Notes: generated from the letters alone by a model not told the origin. A stretch of DNA of 64,000 bases from an uncultured Sphingomonas sp. (GCA_947085315.1 CAMTVW010000010.1:58005-122004), one strand, 5' to 3'. Shown: positions 50,742-60,929, counted from the first letter of the stretch. A program made the numbers and translations.

Positions 50742-51695
50742 CTATTCGCTGCCCCGACCGGGTGATGCGCCATGTTCATAGCCCAGGCTGTCGGGCAGCG
50801 GCACCGTCCCCTTCCGGTCGACGAGGCGGAGTCCCGAGCCGGAGTCGAACCGGCCGATCTCGACGGCCATCACGGCCGCCGCGCCACCCAGATCCGGCGG
50901 CACCGCCGCAAGCAGCTGATAATCGTCGCCCGCCGTCACCGCAGCGAGACGGGCGGCGCGGTCATCGCCGAAGCTGCGCGCCGCGTCCGACAGTGGCACC
51001 GCGTCGAGGTCGATCGTCACCGCCAGCCCCGAGGCAGCCGCGATCCGCCGCGCGTCGATCAGCAGCCCGTCCGAGACATCGGCCATCGCATGCGCGATCG
51101 GGGCAAGCGCGCGCCCTTCGGCAAGGCGCGGGATCGGCAGGCGGTAGGCCTTGAGCAAGGTGCGCGGCCCCTCGATCTCGCCGCGCGCGATCCTGAGCCC
51201 GAGGCCGGCGTCGCCGACCGGCCCGGTCAGGAACAGCAGGTCGCCCGCCTGCGCCCCGCGCCGGTCGGGCGCCGTACCCGGGGCGACCTGACCGATCGCG
51301 GTAAGCCCCAGCACGCGCGCATCACCCGCCGGCTGCGCGACGGTGTCGCCGCCCAGCAACGGCACCTCGAAATGGTCGAGCGCGCGGCCGAGCCCCGCGA
51401 CGAAACCCGCGTCCCAGTCGGGACGCCCGGTCAGCCCGTAGCCCATCAACACGCCCAGCGGCTCGGCGCCCTTCGCGGCGAGATCGGACAGATTGACTGC
51501 GAGCAGCTTCCACGCGACGTCGCCGGGCGGATCGCCGGGCAGATAGTGGACGCCTTCGACCAGCATGTCGTGGGTCAGGACCAGATCGCGACCCAGCGGT
51601 GCGGGCAGCACCGCGACATCATCGCCGAGCCCGCGCGCCGCCGGATGGCGGGCGATCAGCCGCAAGGCGTCGATCAGGCGAGATTCGTCGGACAT
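50742..51695 (-). CDS. thiL: Thiamine-monophosphate kinase
   Basis: GDDVA, DMLVEGVHY, AVNLSDLAAKGA, GGDT, DVSDGL and GDDYQL motifs. Confidence 0.94.
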   Translation of the reverse strand: MSDESRLIDALRLIARHPAARGLGDDVAVLPAPLGRDLVLTHDMLVEGVHYLPGDPPGDVAWKLLAVNLSDLAAKGAEPLGVLMGYGLTGRPDWDAGFVAGLGRALDHFEVPLLGGDTVAQPAGDARVLGLTAIGQVAPGTAPDRRGAQAGDLLFLTGPVGDAGLGLRIARGEIEGPRTLLKAYRLPIPRLAEGRALAPIAHAMADVSDGLLIDARRIAAASGLAVTIDLDAVPLSDAARSFGDDRAARLAAVTAGDDYQLLAAVPPDLGGAAAVMAVEIGRFDSGSGLRLVDRKGTVPLPDSLGYEHGASPGRGSE

Positions 51696-51732
51696 GGCGC
51701 GACCTTAGCCGCTCACGGAGAAGGAGAAACCC

Positions 51733-52509
51733 TTAACCCGCGAGCAGGACGAGTGCGTCCCACAGCAGCTTGACTCCGACCAGCACGGTCAGCGCATTGA
51801 CGATCGTGTAGAAGCGGTCGGGCTGGACCCGGCGGACCAGCCGCACCCCGACGAAGGTCGCGACGATCGCGATCGGCATCAACGCCGCCGAGGCGATCAG
51901 GTTGACCGGCGTGAACTGGCCGAGCCCGGCATAGGCCGGCACTTTGATCCAGTTGACCAGCGCGAAGAAGATCGCGGTGGTGCCGACCAGCACGTCGCGC
52001 GCCAGCCGCTGCGGAAAGACATAGATCTGATAGGGCGGCCCGCCGGCATGCGCGATCTGGCTTGTCACACCCGCAGCGACGCCGCACAGCACCCCGGCCC
52101 AGTCGGGCAGCCGGTGCGACGGCGCGACCCGGCCGCCGCGCGCGATCCACAGCTGCTGCGCTCCGAACAGGATCGAGATCAGCCCAACCGAGAGCAATAT
52201 CCAGTCTTCGCGCAGGCTGGCCGCGAACAGATAGCCCAGCCCGACGCCCAGCACCGCGCCGGGCAGCATCACCCAGAGGATGCGTCGATCCCAGCTCTTA
52301 CGGAACGCCCAGACGCTCACCGCGTCCTGCACGATCAGCAGCGGCAACAATATCGCCGCTGACTGGACAGGCGGCACCACCAGCGCCATCAACGGGATCG
52401 CCAGCGTGCCTACGCCGATGAAGCCGCCCTTGCCGAGCCCCATCAGGATGACTGCCGGTATCCCGAGCAGCCAGAAAATTGGATCGTGAAGGATCGTCGT
52501 GTCGAGCAT
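51733..52509 (-). CDS. TauE/SafE (TSUP) family membrane transporter
   Basis: GLGKGGF, LLPLLIVQD and HAGGPP motifs; about 8 TM segments. Confidence 0.85.
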   Translation of the reverse strand: MLDTTILHDPIFWLLGIPAVILMGLGKGGFIGVGTLAIPLMALVVPPVQSAAILLPLLIVQDAVSVWAFRKSWDRRILWVMLPGAVLGVGLGYLFAASLREDWILLSVGLISILFGAQQLWIARGGRVAPSHRLPDWAGVLCGVAAGVTSQIAHAGGPPYQIYVFPQRLARDVLVGTTAIFFALVNWIKVPAYAGLGQFTPVNLIASAALMPIAIVATFVGVRLVRRVQPDRFYTIVNALTVLVGVKLLWDALVLLAG

Positions 52510-52553
52510 TATGGTTTTTGCTCCACTATCGTGGAGATACGGCGCCGGCCCGC

Positions 52554-52574
52554 TGTTTCAGCAAAGCTGAAACA
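52554..52574. promoter_or_regulatory. Perfect inverted repeat TGTTTCAGC-AAA-GCTGAAACA between nusB and the TauE gene
   Basis: 9-3-9 palindrome with no U-tract; operator or weak RNA hairpin. Confidence 0.4.
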
Positions 52575-52588
52575 CAAATCGCACGCGA

Positions 52589-53044
52589 TCACCCCCGCAC
52601 GGCTTTCGCGATACCGTCGAGCACGCCGTTGACGAAGCCCTTCTCGCGCTTGTCGTAAAAGGCGTCGGCGACATCGACATATTCGCTGATCACCGTCGCG
52701 GTCGGCACGTCGGGCCGGGCTATCAGCTCATAGGCGCCGACCCGCAATATCTGCCGCATCGGCCGGTCGAGCCGGTCGAGCGTCCAGCCCTGCGCCAGCC
52801 GGGCGGTGATCGCGGCGTCGATCTCGGCGCGGCGCGCATCGACGCCCTTCACCAGATCGTCGAAGAAGCTGACCTCCGCCGCCGCATATTCGACATCCTC
52901 GATCGTCGCCCCCAGCCGATGTTGGTGGAACTCGTCAAGCAGCCTGGCGAGCGGGGTGCCCTCCATCTCCTGCTGGTAGAGCGCCTGCGCGGCGGCAAGG
53001 CGGGCGGCGCTGCGCGATCGGGCGCGTTCGTTGATCTTGGCCAT
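52589..53044 (-). CDS. nusB: Transcription antitermination factor
   Basis: RSAARLAAAQALYQ, ILRVGAYEL, VISEYV and FVNGVLD motifs. Confidence 0.96.
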   Translation of the reverse strand: MAKINERARSRSAARLAAAQALYQQEMEGTPLARLLDEFHQHRLGATIEDVEYAAAEVSFFDDLVKGVDARRAEIDAAITARLAQGWTLDRLDRPMRQILRVGAYELIARPDVPTATVISEYVDVADAFYDKREKGFVNGVLDGIAKAVRG

Positions 53045-53047
53045 TAT

Positions 53048-54340
53048 CTATTTGTCCAGTCTGGCGGCGACCGACGCGGCATGCGCGGGCAGCCCTTCGG
53101 CATTGGCAAGCACGACCGCCGCCGGGCCGATCGCGGCGATCGCCGCCGCATCGAGCGCGATGAAGCTGGTCCGCTTCATGAAATCGAGCACCGACAGCCC
53201 CGAGGCGAAACGCGCCCGGCGGCCGGTCGGCAGCACATGGTTCGGCCCCGCGACATAGTCGCCGACCGCCTCGGGCGCATGGCGGCCGAGAAACACCGAC
53301 CCGGCATGGCGAATGCGGTCGAACAGCGCCTGCGGGTCGGCAACCGCAAGCTCGAGATGCTCGGGGGCGAGCCGGTCGCTGAGCGCGGGCACCTCATCAA
53401 GGCTGGCGAGCGTGATGATCGCGCCATTGTCGGTCCAGCTGGTCCGCGCGGTCGCTTCGGTCTGGAGCCGGCCAAGCTGCGCCTCGACCTCGTCGGCGAC
53501 CGCATCGGCGAAGGCGCTGTCGTCGGTCAGCAGGATCGACTGGCTGGTCGGGTCATGCTCGGCCTGGCTGAGCAGGTCGGCGGCGATCCAGGCGGGATCA
53601 TTGTCCTTGTCGGCGACGACGACGATCTCGGACGGCCCCGCGACCATGTCGATCCCGACGACGCCGTAAAGCTGGCGCTTAGCCTCGGCGACCCAGGCGT
53701 TACCGGGGCCGACGATCACGTCGACCGGCTTTATCCTGTCGGTTCCATAGGCGAGCGCGGCGATCGCCTGCGCGCCGCCGATCCGCCACACCTCATCCAC
53801 CCCGGCAAGCGCAGCGGCCGCCAGGACGAGCGGGTTGATCACCCCGTCGGGGGTCGGCGTGACCATCACGAGCCGGTCGACGCCGGCGACCCGGGCGGGG
53901 ATCGCGTTCATCAGCACCGACGACGGATAGGCCGCACGGCCGCCCGGTACATAGAGACCGGCCGCCTCGACCGCACCCCAGCGCGCGCCCATCCGCACCC
54001 CGGCGGCGTCGGTCCGCGCACTGTCGGCGGGGCGCTGTTCGGCATGATAGGCGCGGATACGCGTCGCGGCGAGTTCAAGGGCGCCGCGCAGTGCGGGGTC
54101 GAGGTCGGCCAGCGCCTTGTCGCAGCTGCTACGGTCGATCCGCCAGCCCGACATATCGAGGTCGTGACGGTCGAACCGCTTCGTATAATCGGCAAGTGCG
54201 GCATCGCCGTGCCGGCGAACCGCGGCGATGATCGCGCTCACATCGCGCGAGACATCCTCGTCGGCCTCGCGCCGCCCCTCGACAAGCGCGGTGAAGGCGT
54301 CGGCGAAAGCGGGGTCGCGGCTATCAAGCCGAAGCGGCAT
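53048..54340 (-). CDS. hisD: Histidinol dehydrogenase
   Basis: [41 protein letters not shown] and GPNHVLPT motifs. Confidence 0.97.
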   Translation of the reverse strand: MPLRLDSRDPAFADAFTALVEGRREADEDVSRDVSAIIAAVRRHGDAALADYTKRFDRHDLDMSGWRIDRSSCDKALADLDPALRGALELAATRIRAYHAEQRPADSARTDAAGVRMGARWGAVEAAGLYVPGGRAAYPSSVLMNAIPARVAGVDRLVMVTPTPDGVINPLVLAAAALAGVDEVWRIGGAQAIAALAYGTDRIKPVDVIVGPGNAWVAEAKRQLYGVVGIDMVAGPSEIVVVADKDNDPAWIAADLLSQAEHDPTSQSILLTDDSAFADAVADEVEAQLGRLQTEATARTSWTDNGAIITLASLDEVPALSDRLAPEHLELAVADPQALFDRIRHAGSVFLGRHAPEAVGDYVAGPNHVLPTGRRARFASGLSVLDFMKRTSFIALDAAAIAAIGPAAVVLANAEGLPAHAASVAARLDK

Positions 54341-55007
54341 TCTTGCTCTCCCCGAGGGAGGAGACCGCGCGGCGGAACCCTTCGACCAGCGGCGCGATCT
54401 CGCCCGCGCGGGTCTTGAAGGCGGCGCGGTTGACGATCAGCCGCGACGAGATGTCGGCGATCGTCTCGATCTCGACCAGGCCATTGTCCTTGAGCGTCCG
54501 TCCGGTCGAGACCAGATCGACGATCCGGCTCGAAAGCCCCAGCACCGGCGCGATCTCCATCGCCCCGTTGAGCTTGACGCATTCGGCCTGCACCCCGCGC
54601 GCCTCGAAATGGCGGCGGGTGATGTTGGGATATTTGGTCGCGACGCGGACGTGGCTCCATTCGCGCGGATCATCACCCTCGGCCAGCGCCACCGGTTCGG
54701 CGACGGAAATCCGACAATGGCCGATCTTCAGGTCTACGGGCGCGTAGAGCTCCGAATAGTCGAACTCCATCAGCACGTCCGATCCGACGATCCCCATCTG
54801 CGCGGCGCCATGCGCAACGAAGGTGGCGACGTCGAACGCGCGCACCCGGATCAGCCCGATATCGGGTCGGTTGGTGGCAAAGCGCAGCAGCCGGCTGTCT
54901 TCATCGCCGAACGCGGCCTCGGGAATGATTCCGACAGCAGCGAACAGCGGCAGCACTTCCTTCAGGATACGGCCCTTGGGAACGGCGATGATGATCTGGT
55001 CTGTCAT
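54324..55007 (-). CDS. hisG: ATP phosphoribosyltransferase, short form (needs HisZ, not in the window)
   Basis: [23 protein letters not shown] and [11 protein letters not shown]; no C-terminal regulatory domain. Confidence 0.95.
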   Translation of the reverse strand: MTDQIIIAVPKGRILKEVLPLFAAVGIIPEAAFGDEDSRLLRFATNRPDIGLIRVRAFDVATFVAHGAAQMGIVGSDVLMEFDYSELYAPVDLKIGHCRISVAEPVALAEGDDPREWSHVRVATKYPNITRRHFEARGVQAECVKLNGAMEIAPVLGLSSRIVDLVSTGRTLKDNGLVEIETIADISSRLIVNRAAFKTRAGEIAPLVEGFRRAVSSLGESKNAASA

Positions 55008-55063
55008 GACGGGGGCGCCATAGAACAGCACCGCCCGGCTGACAACAAAGCGGGCGCCAAATC

Positions 55064-55155
55064 CGTCGCCCCGGCGGAGGCCGGGGCCGCCAGAGGTTCC
55101 GGCCTCGGCGCCATCTCATGAGCCGATGGCGGCCCCGGCCTCCGCCGGGGCGACG
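55064..55155. repeat. Family A element, solo copy with diverged spacer
   Basis: Both 29-bp arms perfect; 34-bp spacer; 92 bp. Confidence 0.93.
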
Positions 55156-55161
55156 ATGTGC

Positions 55162-55728
55162 CTACACCAATTCCCGGAGCGCCAGCACGCCGAGCAGCGC
55201 GAACAGGATCGCCGCCGCGATTCGCATCACCTTCAGCGGGACGATGCGGGTGATCCGGTCGCCCAGGAACACCGCGGGAACATTGGCGATCATCATCCCC
55301 AGCGTCGTGCCGATCGCGACCAGCCCGACCGCATGGTACCGCGCGCCGAGCGCGACCGTGGCGATCTGGGTCTTGTCGCCCATCTCGGCCATGAAGAAGG
55401 CGATCGTCGTGGTCAGGAACACGCCGTGGCGCGCGGACTTCACGGTCGCATCATCGTCGTCGAGCCGGTCGGGCACCAGCGTCCACGCCGCCATGGCGAG
55501 GAAACCCAGCGCCACCGCAAGGCGGAACCATGTCCCGTCAAGCAGTCCCGAAATCGCCGATCCCGCCCAGGCGGCGAGCGCATGGTTGACGATCGTCGCG
55601 ACAAAGATCCCCGCGATGATCGGCCAGGGCGCACGAAAACGCGCCGCGAGGATGATCGCGAGCAGCATCGTCTTGTCGCCGATCTCGGCGAGCGCGACGA
55701 GCAGGCTGGAGGAGAGGAGGATGTCCAT
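55162..55728 (-). CDS. TMEM165/GDT1 (UPF0016) Mn/Ca transporter
   Basis: Two E-x-G-D-K-T motifs (AEIGDKT, AEMGDKTQ). Confidence 0.92.
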   Translation of the reverse strand: MDILLSSSLLVALAEIGDKTMLLAIILAARFRAPWPIIAGIFVATIVNHALAAWAGSAISGLLDGTWFRLAVALGFLAMAAWTLVPDRLDDDDATVKSARHGVFLTTTIAFFMAEMGDKTQIATVALGARYHAVGLVAIGTTLGMMIANVPAVFLGDRITRIVPLKVMRIAAAILFALLGVLALRELV

Positions 55729-55780
55729 CGGGGGCTTTCGGGCTCAGACGCGGTCAGCCCTGGGGCCGCTCACCGCCAAT

Positions 55781-55863
55781 CGTCATCCCAGCGAAAGCTG
55801 GGATCTCAGGAGCGGAGCGTTGCCCTATAAACGCCTGAGATTCCAGCTTTCGCTGGAATGACG
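55781..55863. repeat. Family B CGTC-tagged REPIN-like element
   Basis: Same arm pair as 20538-20616 with a different spacer. Confidence 0.9.
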
Positions 55864-55882
55864 CGGTGGGTCGAGCGGAGGA

Positions 55883-56383
55883 TCACCCGTTCCGCGCGGT
55901 CTCGAACAGGAACCAGGCACGCTCCTCGGCCTGGTCGGTCCATTCGTCGAGGATCCCGCTGGTGGCATTGTCCTTGGCCGCGTCGACAATGTCCTTCGCC
56001 TCGCGCAACCGGGCGACCAGCGCCAGATTGTCGTCGCGCAGCTCCTTGAGCATGTCGGCGGCGCTGACGAACTCGGCATCATTGTCGCTGATCGACTGAC
56101 GACGTGCGATGTCGCCGATCGAGCGCAGCGTGGTGTTGCCGGTCTTGCGGACGCGCTCGGCGATCACGTCGGTGGTTGCGAGGATCTGCGCGGCCTGGGC
56201 GTCGAGCATCAGATGATAGTCACGAAAATGCGGGCCCGAGACGTGCCAATGGAAATTCTTGGTCTTGAAGTAGAGCGCGAAACTGTCGGCCAGGATGCCG
56301 TTCAGCGCATCGGCGACGTTCATCGCGCTGTTGCTCTTCAGGTCGGTGGGGGTCGCCAGCGGCGCCTTGGGTTTCTTGGCCAT
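55883..56383 (-). CDS. dps: Dps-family DNA protection protein
   Basis: LYFKTKNFHWHVSGPHFRDYHLMLD, DVIAERVR and ERAWFL motifs. Confidence 0.92.
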   Translation of the reverse strand: MAKKPKAPLATPTDLKSNSAMNVADALNGILADSFALYFKTKNFHWHVSGPHFRDYHLMLDAQAAQILATTDVIAERVRKTGNTTLRSIGDIARRQSISDNDAEFVSAADMLKELRDDNLALVARLREAKDIVDAAKDNATSGILDEWTDQAEERAWFLFETARNG

Positions 56384-56601
56384 GAGTGAAGTCTCCCGCT
56401 TTTCGATTCGTATCTCTAACGAGCAAAGTGGCAAAAGGTCGCGCATTCGTCGCCTGAATTTGCTATGTCGGAGATATCGAGCGGATCGATCAATGCCGCG
56501 TGTGCCCCGACTTGACTCGTCGAGGCTTTTGCCGCTAGGGGCCGCATCCGATCAGCGGCGCACGACGCCGCTTTATTTTTTGATATCGAGGGTTCCGGGT
56601 C

Positions 56602-56769
56602 ATGGCCAAGCCGACCACTGTCAAGATCAAGCTCGTCAGCACCGCTGATACCGGCTTCTACTATGTCACCAAGAAGAATCCGCGTACCCAGACCGAGAAG
56701 CTGAGCTTCCGCAAATACGACCCGATCGTGCGCAAGCATGTCGACTTCAAGGAAGCCAAGATCAAGTAG
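56602..56769 (+). CDS. rpmG: 50S ribosomal protein L33 (55 aa, absent from the ORF track)
   Basis: Read directly from DNA: [55 protein letters not shown]. Confidence 0.97.
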   Translation: MAKPTTVKIKLVSTADTGFYYVTKKNPRTQTEKLSFRKYDPIVRKHVDFKEAKIK

Positions 56770-56811
56770 GGCTGGCTGGGCCGAAAGGCCCGCCACTTGC
56801 TGACAGGCTTA

Positions 56812-56840
56812 GCGCCCGCCCGTGAAACGGCGGGCGTTTG
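56812..56840 (+). terminator. Probable rpmG terminator
   Basis: GCGCCCGCC-cgtgaaac-GGCGGGCGT followed by T-rich ttgcgtttgctt. Confidence 0.55.
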
Positions 56841-56854
56841 CGTTTGCTTGCCTC

Positions 56855-57005
56855 AGATCCTCCCTGCGCAGCGTGGGGAGGGGGACCGCGCGAAGCGTGG
56901 TGGAGGGGCGGGGCAGGACCTCAAGGGTGTCGATGGCTGAGAGGTGGAAGACCCCTCCACCGCCTTCGGCGGTCCCCCTCCCCATGCTGCGCATAGGGAG
57001 GATCT
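56855..57005. repeat. Family C paired palindromic element between convergent rpmG and divK
   Basis: agatcctccctgcgcagcgtggggagggggaccgcgcgaagcgtggtggagggg ... cccctccaccgccttcggcggtccccctccccatgctgcgcatagggaggatct. Confidence 0.9.
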
Positions 57006-57008
57006 TTT

Positions 57009-57404
57009 CTAGCCCGCCCTTTTAAACCCGTCACCCAGCGGCCCGGCAAGGCCCTCGACGGCCGTCACGAATCGACTCACCGAGATCGGCTTCGAGACAT
57101 AGGCGTCGGCCCCGGCCAGGCGAACCCTGCTTTCGTCGCCCTTGCCGGCATAGGCGGTCACCGCCATCACCGGGATCGCGTCGAGCGCCGGATCTTCCTT
57201 CATCAGCTTGATCAGCTCGACCCCGCTGATGTGCGGCAACTGAATGTCCATGATCACGAGCTGGGGCAGGAATTCGCGCATCGCGTCGAGCGCCAGGCGC
57301 GCGTCGCGGATCGTACGGACATCGGCGCCATGCGCCTCCAGCAGGTCGCGGAAGAGCCGAAGGTTCAGCTCATTATCCTCGACAATAAGGACTTTCTTCG
57401 CCAC
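57009..57404 (-). CDS. divK: Single-domain response regulator, DivK-like
   Basis: KKVLIVEDNELN, MDIQLP, AVTAYA.KGDE and YVSKPISV; GTG start; rpmG/DUF3572 context. Confidence 0.82.
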   Translation of the reverse strand: MAKKVLIVEDNELNLRLFRDLLEAHGADVRTIRDARLALDAMREFLPQLVIMDIQLPHISGVELIKLMKEDPALDAIPVMAVTAYAGKGDESRVRLAGADAYVSKPISVSRFVTAVEGLAGPLGDGFKRAG

Positions 57405-57443
57405 GGCTACACCACCTGTTACCCTGCCTGAACCTAGTGGGCC

Positions 57444-57749
57444 ATGCGAGCGAATCAATCTAGCGAAACTACGGCACTGGCCGCAGATGCAGTGACGGTG
57501 ACCGGGCTGCGGGCACTGGTCTGGACGCTCGACGATCCGGCGCGCGCGCGGCGCCTGCTCGACCTGACCGGCCTGACCCCCGAAGCGCTGCGCGCCGGCG
57601 CGGGCGATCATGGCGTGCTCGCCGCTCTGCTCGACTTCCTCGCCGGCCATGAACCCGATCTGGTCGCCTGCGCCGAGGCGCTTGGCATCGGCCCGGCCGA
57701 CCTGGTCCGCGCCCGCGACCTGCTCCAGACCCCCGAGGCCCGCGCATGA
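57444..57749 (+). CDS. DUF3572-family protein
   Basis: ALVWTL...RLLDLTGLTPEALR...ALLDFL. Confidence 0.8.
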   Translation: MRANQSSETTALAADAVTVTGLRALVWTLDDPARARRLLDLTGLTPEALRAGAGDHGVLAALLDFLAGHEPDLVACAEALGIGPADLVRARDLLQTPEARA

Positions 57750-58381
57750 GCCGCCCGCTGCTGATTACCGATTGCGACGAGGTGCTGCTCCACATGGTGA
57801 CGCCGCTCGGTCAGTGGCTCGATGAGGCGCATGCGATCGACTTCGCGATCGACCAGCCTGAGTTCGGCGGCGCGCTGACCCGCCGCGCCGACGGCAGTGT
57901 GGTGACCGAGGAGCATATCTGGCCGCTGCTCGACGCCTTCTTCACCAGCGAGATGCACCGCCAGACGCTGGTTCCGCATGCGCGTCAGGCGCTGGCGACG
58001 ATCGCCGAGATCGCCGACATCGTCGTCCTCACCAATCTGACCGACCAGTTCCACGGCAGTCGGGTCGCTCAGCTTGAAGCGGTCGGCATCCGTCACCGCG
58101 TCCAGTGCAACCAGGGCGGCAAGGGCCGCCCGCTCGCCGACATCGTCGCCGAATATCAGCCGAGCGCGACCGTTTTCGTCGATGATCTGGCGAGCCACCA
58201 CAGTTCGGTCGCGCGCCACGCGCCGCAGGTCTGGCGACTCCACATGGTCGCCGAACCGCGCGTCGCTGCGCACCGTCCGCCCGCGCCCGACGCCCATGCC
58301 CGGATCGACGACTGGGCCGACGCGCTGCCCTGGATCATTGCCCGCTTCGCCGAAGGGCCATCGGGATGGCCGGCGGCGTGA
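57746..58381 (+). CDS. HAD-superfamily-like conserved protein
   Basis: PLLITDCDEVL, VVLTN, NQGGKG and FVDD motifs. Confidence 0.78.
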   Translation: MSRPLLITDCDEVLLHMVTPLGQWLDEAHAIDFAIDQPEFGGALTRRADGSVVTEEHIWPLLDAFFTSEMHRQTLVPHARQALATIAEIADIVVLTNLTDQFHGSRVAQLEAVGIRHRVQCNQGGKGRPLADIVAEYQPSATVFVDDLASHHSSVARHAPQVWRLHMVAEPRVAAHRPPAPDAHARIDDWADALPWIIARFAEGPSGWPAA

Positions 58382-58457
58382 AGCGATGGCCAGATGATTC
58401 GAGGCGCAGCGAGCATGTCGGCTTGACGCTCGCGGGCGGCTACGGGAAAGAAACGAC

Positions 58458-58925
58458 ATGACGATCGATGCACGCCTCGCCGAGCTTGGCCTCACCCTGC
58501 CCACACCGGCCGCCCCGGTCGCGGCCTATGTGCCTGCGGTCGAGGTGAACGGCCTGCTCCATATCTCGGGCCAGCTGCCCTTCCGCGAAGATGGCAGCCT
58601 GATCACCGGCCGGCTGGGTCAGGATGTCGATCTCGCTGCCGGGACCGAAGCCGCCAAACGCTGCGGGATCATGCTGGTCGCGCAGATCAAGGCCGCGCTC
58701 GGCGGCGACCTGTCGCGCGTCGTCCGAATCGTCAAGCTCGGCGCCTTCATCGCCTCGACCGCCGATTTCACCGACCAGCCCAGGGTCGCCAACGGCGCCT
58801 CGGAGCTGATGGTGGCGTTGTTCGGCGATGCCGGGCGCCATGCCCGCAGCGCGGTCGGCGTGCCCGTCCTCCCCCTCGGCGCCGCCGTGGAGATCGATGC
58901 CATTGTCGCTGTTCGGCCTTCTTGA
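58458..58925 (+). CDS. RidA/YjgF-family protein
   Basis: PVAAYVP, ISGQLP, VANGASEL, GRHARSAVG and LPLGAAVE motifs. Confidence 0.92.
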   Translation: MTIDARLAELGLTLPTPAAPVAAYVPAVEVNGLLHISGQLPFREDGSLITGRLGQDVDLAAGTEAAKRCGIMLVAQIKAALGGDLSRVVRIVKLGAFIASTADFTDQPRVANGASELMVALFGDAGRHARSAVGVPVLPLGAAVEIDAIVAVRPS

Positions 58926-59664
58926 TCGCTGGCGCTTTCCGGTGCCCGACGCCCGGCGCGTCGGGTTCCTCACGAACACGCCCTTCGCCAGCCGCGGGCT
59001 GCACGGCACGCGCCATGTCGAGAACAGCCGCGCCGCGATCGAGGCGGCGGTATCGATGGGTTATGGCGTAAAGGTCGATGTCCAGTTCAGCCTCGACGGG
59101 CTGGCCTATGTCTTCCAGGATCCGGTCCTCGACCGGATGACCGAGGAAAGCGGACAGCTCCGCCATCTGTCGAGCCGCCATCTGTCGCAGATCAAGCTGC
59201 GCGGCACCGACGAGTCCATCCCCAAGCTCCAGGAGATTCTCGACCTCGTTGCCGGCCGCGCCCCGGTGCTGGTCGAGCTCAAGGCGATCGAAGGCCATGT
59301 CTCGCAGCTCTGCGTCGCGGTCCGCCACGCGATCGAGAGCTACCGCGCCGAGGCTGCGGTGATGTCGCTCCATGGCGAAGTGTCGCGCTGGTTCGCCTCG
59401 CACGGATCGCGCATCACCCGGGGGATGATGCTGTCCGACAACAGCGACTTCGCCAAGGAGGAACCGGGCGAGCAGGTCAAGGCGCTGTGGCGCGCCCGGC
59501 CCGAGTTTCTCGCGGTCGACATCGCCGACCTGCCCAATCGCTTCGCCCAGCGGCAGCGCAAGCGCGGCATTCCGATCCTTGCCTGGACGGTGATGTCGGC
59601 CGAACAGCAACAGGTCGCCGCCGACAGCGCCGACCAGATCATCTTCGAGGCGCCGGGATGGTAG
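58897..59664 (+). CDS. Glycerophosphodiester phosphodiesterase-family protein with degenerate active site
   Basis: FASRGLHG, VENSRAA, GVKVDVQ, VFQD, LVELK, AWTV; canonical AHRG, E-x-D and HD read ASRG, KVD and QD. Confidence 0.75.
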   Translation: MPLSLFGLLDRWRFPVPDARRVGFLTNTPFASRGLHGTRHVENSRAAIEAAVSMGYGVKVDVQFSLDGLAYVFQDPVLDRMTEESGQLRHLSSRHLSQIKLRGTDESIPKLQEILDLVAGRAPVLVELKAIEGHVSQLCVAVRHAIESYRAEAAVMSLHGEVSRWFASHGSRITRGMMLSDNSDFAKEEPGEQVKALWRARPEFLAVDIADLPNRFAQRQRKRGIPILAWTVMSAEQQQVAADSADQIIFEAPGW

Positions 59665-59676
59665 CGGGAAAAGTCT

Positions 59677-59774
59677 CCCCTCTCCTTCAGGGGAGGGGTC
59701 GGGGGTGGGGCCTCTCCTCAAATTCCACGCTCGCGGACAGGCCCCACCCCAACCCCTCCCCTGAAGGGGAGGGG
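59677..59774. repeat. Family D paired palindromic element
   Basis: cccctctccttcaggggaggggtcgggggtggggcc ... ggccccaccccaacccctcccctgaaggggagggg. Confidence 0.88.
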
Positions 59775-59794
59775 CTCAACCCGCGCCACGCGCC

Positions 59795-60928
59795 ATGACT
59801 GCTCTGACCGCCCGGACGGCGGCGGGGGTTTGCAGCTTCGATCGTGACGAATGGGATGCCTGCGCGGGTAGCGGCAATCCCTTCGTCAGCCATGATTTCC
59901 TCTCGGCCCTGGAAGAATCGGGGAGCGCGACCGCGCGGACCGGCTGGCAGCCGGTCCCGATCGCGATCGACGGCGCCGATGGCCGCCCCGCCGCGATCCT
60001 GCCCGCTTATGCCAAGAGCCACAGCCAGGGTGAATATGTGTTCGACCACGGCTGGGCCGACGCCTGGCACCGTGCCGGCGGGCAATATTATCCCAAGCTC
60101 CAGATCGCGGTGCCGTTCAGCCCGGTGCCGGGGCCCCGCCTGCTGCTGCGCGATCCCTCGCTCGCCGCCGCGCTGGTCGCCGCTGCCGAGACGCTGGTGC
60201 GCGAGAACGACCTGTCCTCTGCGCACGCGACCTTCCTCGCCCCCGAACAGGTGCCGATCTTCGAGGCGGCGGGATGGCTGATCCGCACCGACCGGCAGTT
60301 CCACTGGTCGAATCGCGGCTATGCGGGCTTCGACGATTTCCTGGGGGCGCTCGCGTCACGCAAGCGCAAGGCGATCCGCAAGGAGCGCGCGGCGGCCGTC
60401 GAGGGGCTGGAGATCGTCCATCTCAGCGGCGCCGCGATCGAGGAGCATCATTGGGACGCCTTCTGGCATTTCTATCAGGACACCAGCGCGCGCAAATGGG
60501 GGCGCCCCTATTTGACCCGCGGCTTCTTCACCCTGCTTGGCGAGCGGATGGCCGACCGGGTGCTGCTGATCCTGGCGCTGCGCGAGGGCCGCCCGATCGC
60601 GGGTGCACTCAACCTGATCGGTGAAGACGCGCTTTACGGGCGCAACTGGGGCGCGATCGAGGAGGTGCCCTTCCTCCATTTCGAACTTTGCTATTATCAG
60701 GCGATCGACGCGGCGATCGCGCGCGGCCTCCAGCGGGTCGAGGCGGGCGCGCAGGGCGAGCACAAATTGGCGCGCGGCTATGAGCCGGTGCCGACCTTCT
60801 CGGCGCATTTCATCCCGCACCCCGGCTTCCGCCGCGCGGTGGCCGACTATCTGGAGCAGGAACGCCGCGCGATCGAGCACGACATTGAAGGGCTCGCGGA
60901 GTTCATGCCATTCAAGAAGAGCGGATAA
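59795..60928 (+). CDS. GNAT/FemAB-like DUF482 protein
   Basis: NPFVSHDFL, KSHSQGEYVFDHGWA, YYPKL, FLHFELCYYQ and EAGAQGEHKLARGY motifs. Confidence 0.88.
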   Translation: MTALTARTAAGVCSFDRDEWDACAGSGNPFVSHDFLSALEESGSATARTGWQPVPIAIDGADGRPAAILPAYAKSHSQGEYVFDHGWADAWHRAGGQYYPKLQIAVPFSPVPGPRLLLRDPSLAAALVAAAETLVRENDLSSAHATFLAPEQVPIFEAAGWLIRTDRQFHWSNRGYAGFDDFLGALASRKRKAIRKERAAAVEGLEIVHLSGAAIEEHHWDAFWHFYQDTSARKWGRPYLTRGFFTLLGERMADRVLLILALREGRPIAGALNLIGEDALYGRNWGAIEEVPFLHFELCYYQAIDAAIARGLQRVEAGAQGEHKLARGYEPVPTFSAHFIPHPGFRRAVADYLEQERRAIEHDIEGLAEFMPFKKSG

Positions 60929-60929
60929 C

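Noticed and set aside
55729-55882. yybP-ykoY manganese riboswitch upstream of the TMEM165/GDT1 gene
   Set aside because: No GGGGAGTAGC-like conserved core found; the region is mostly a family B repeat.
56418-56442. EcfG promoter for dps (GCGAC-N16-CGTT on the minus strand)
   Set aside because: The -10 element fits but the -35 differs from GGAAC at two positions; plausible but not supportable.
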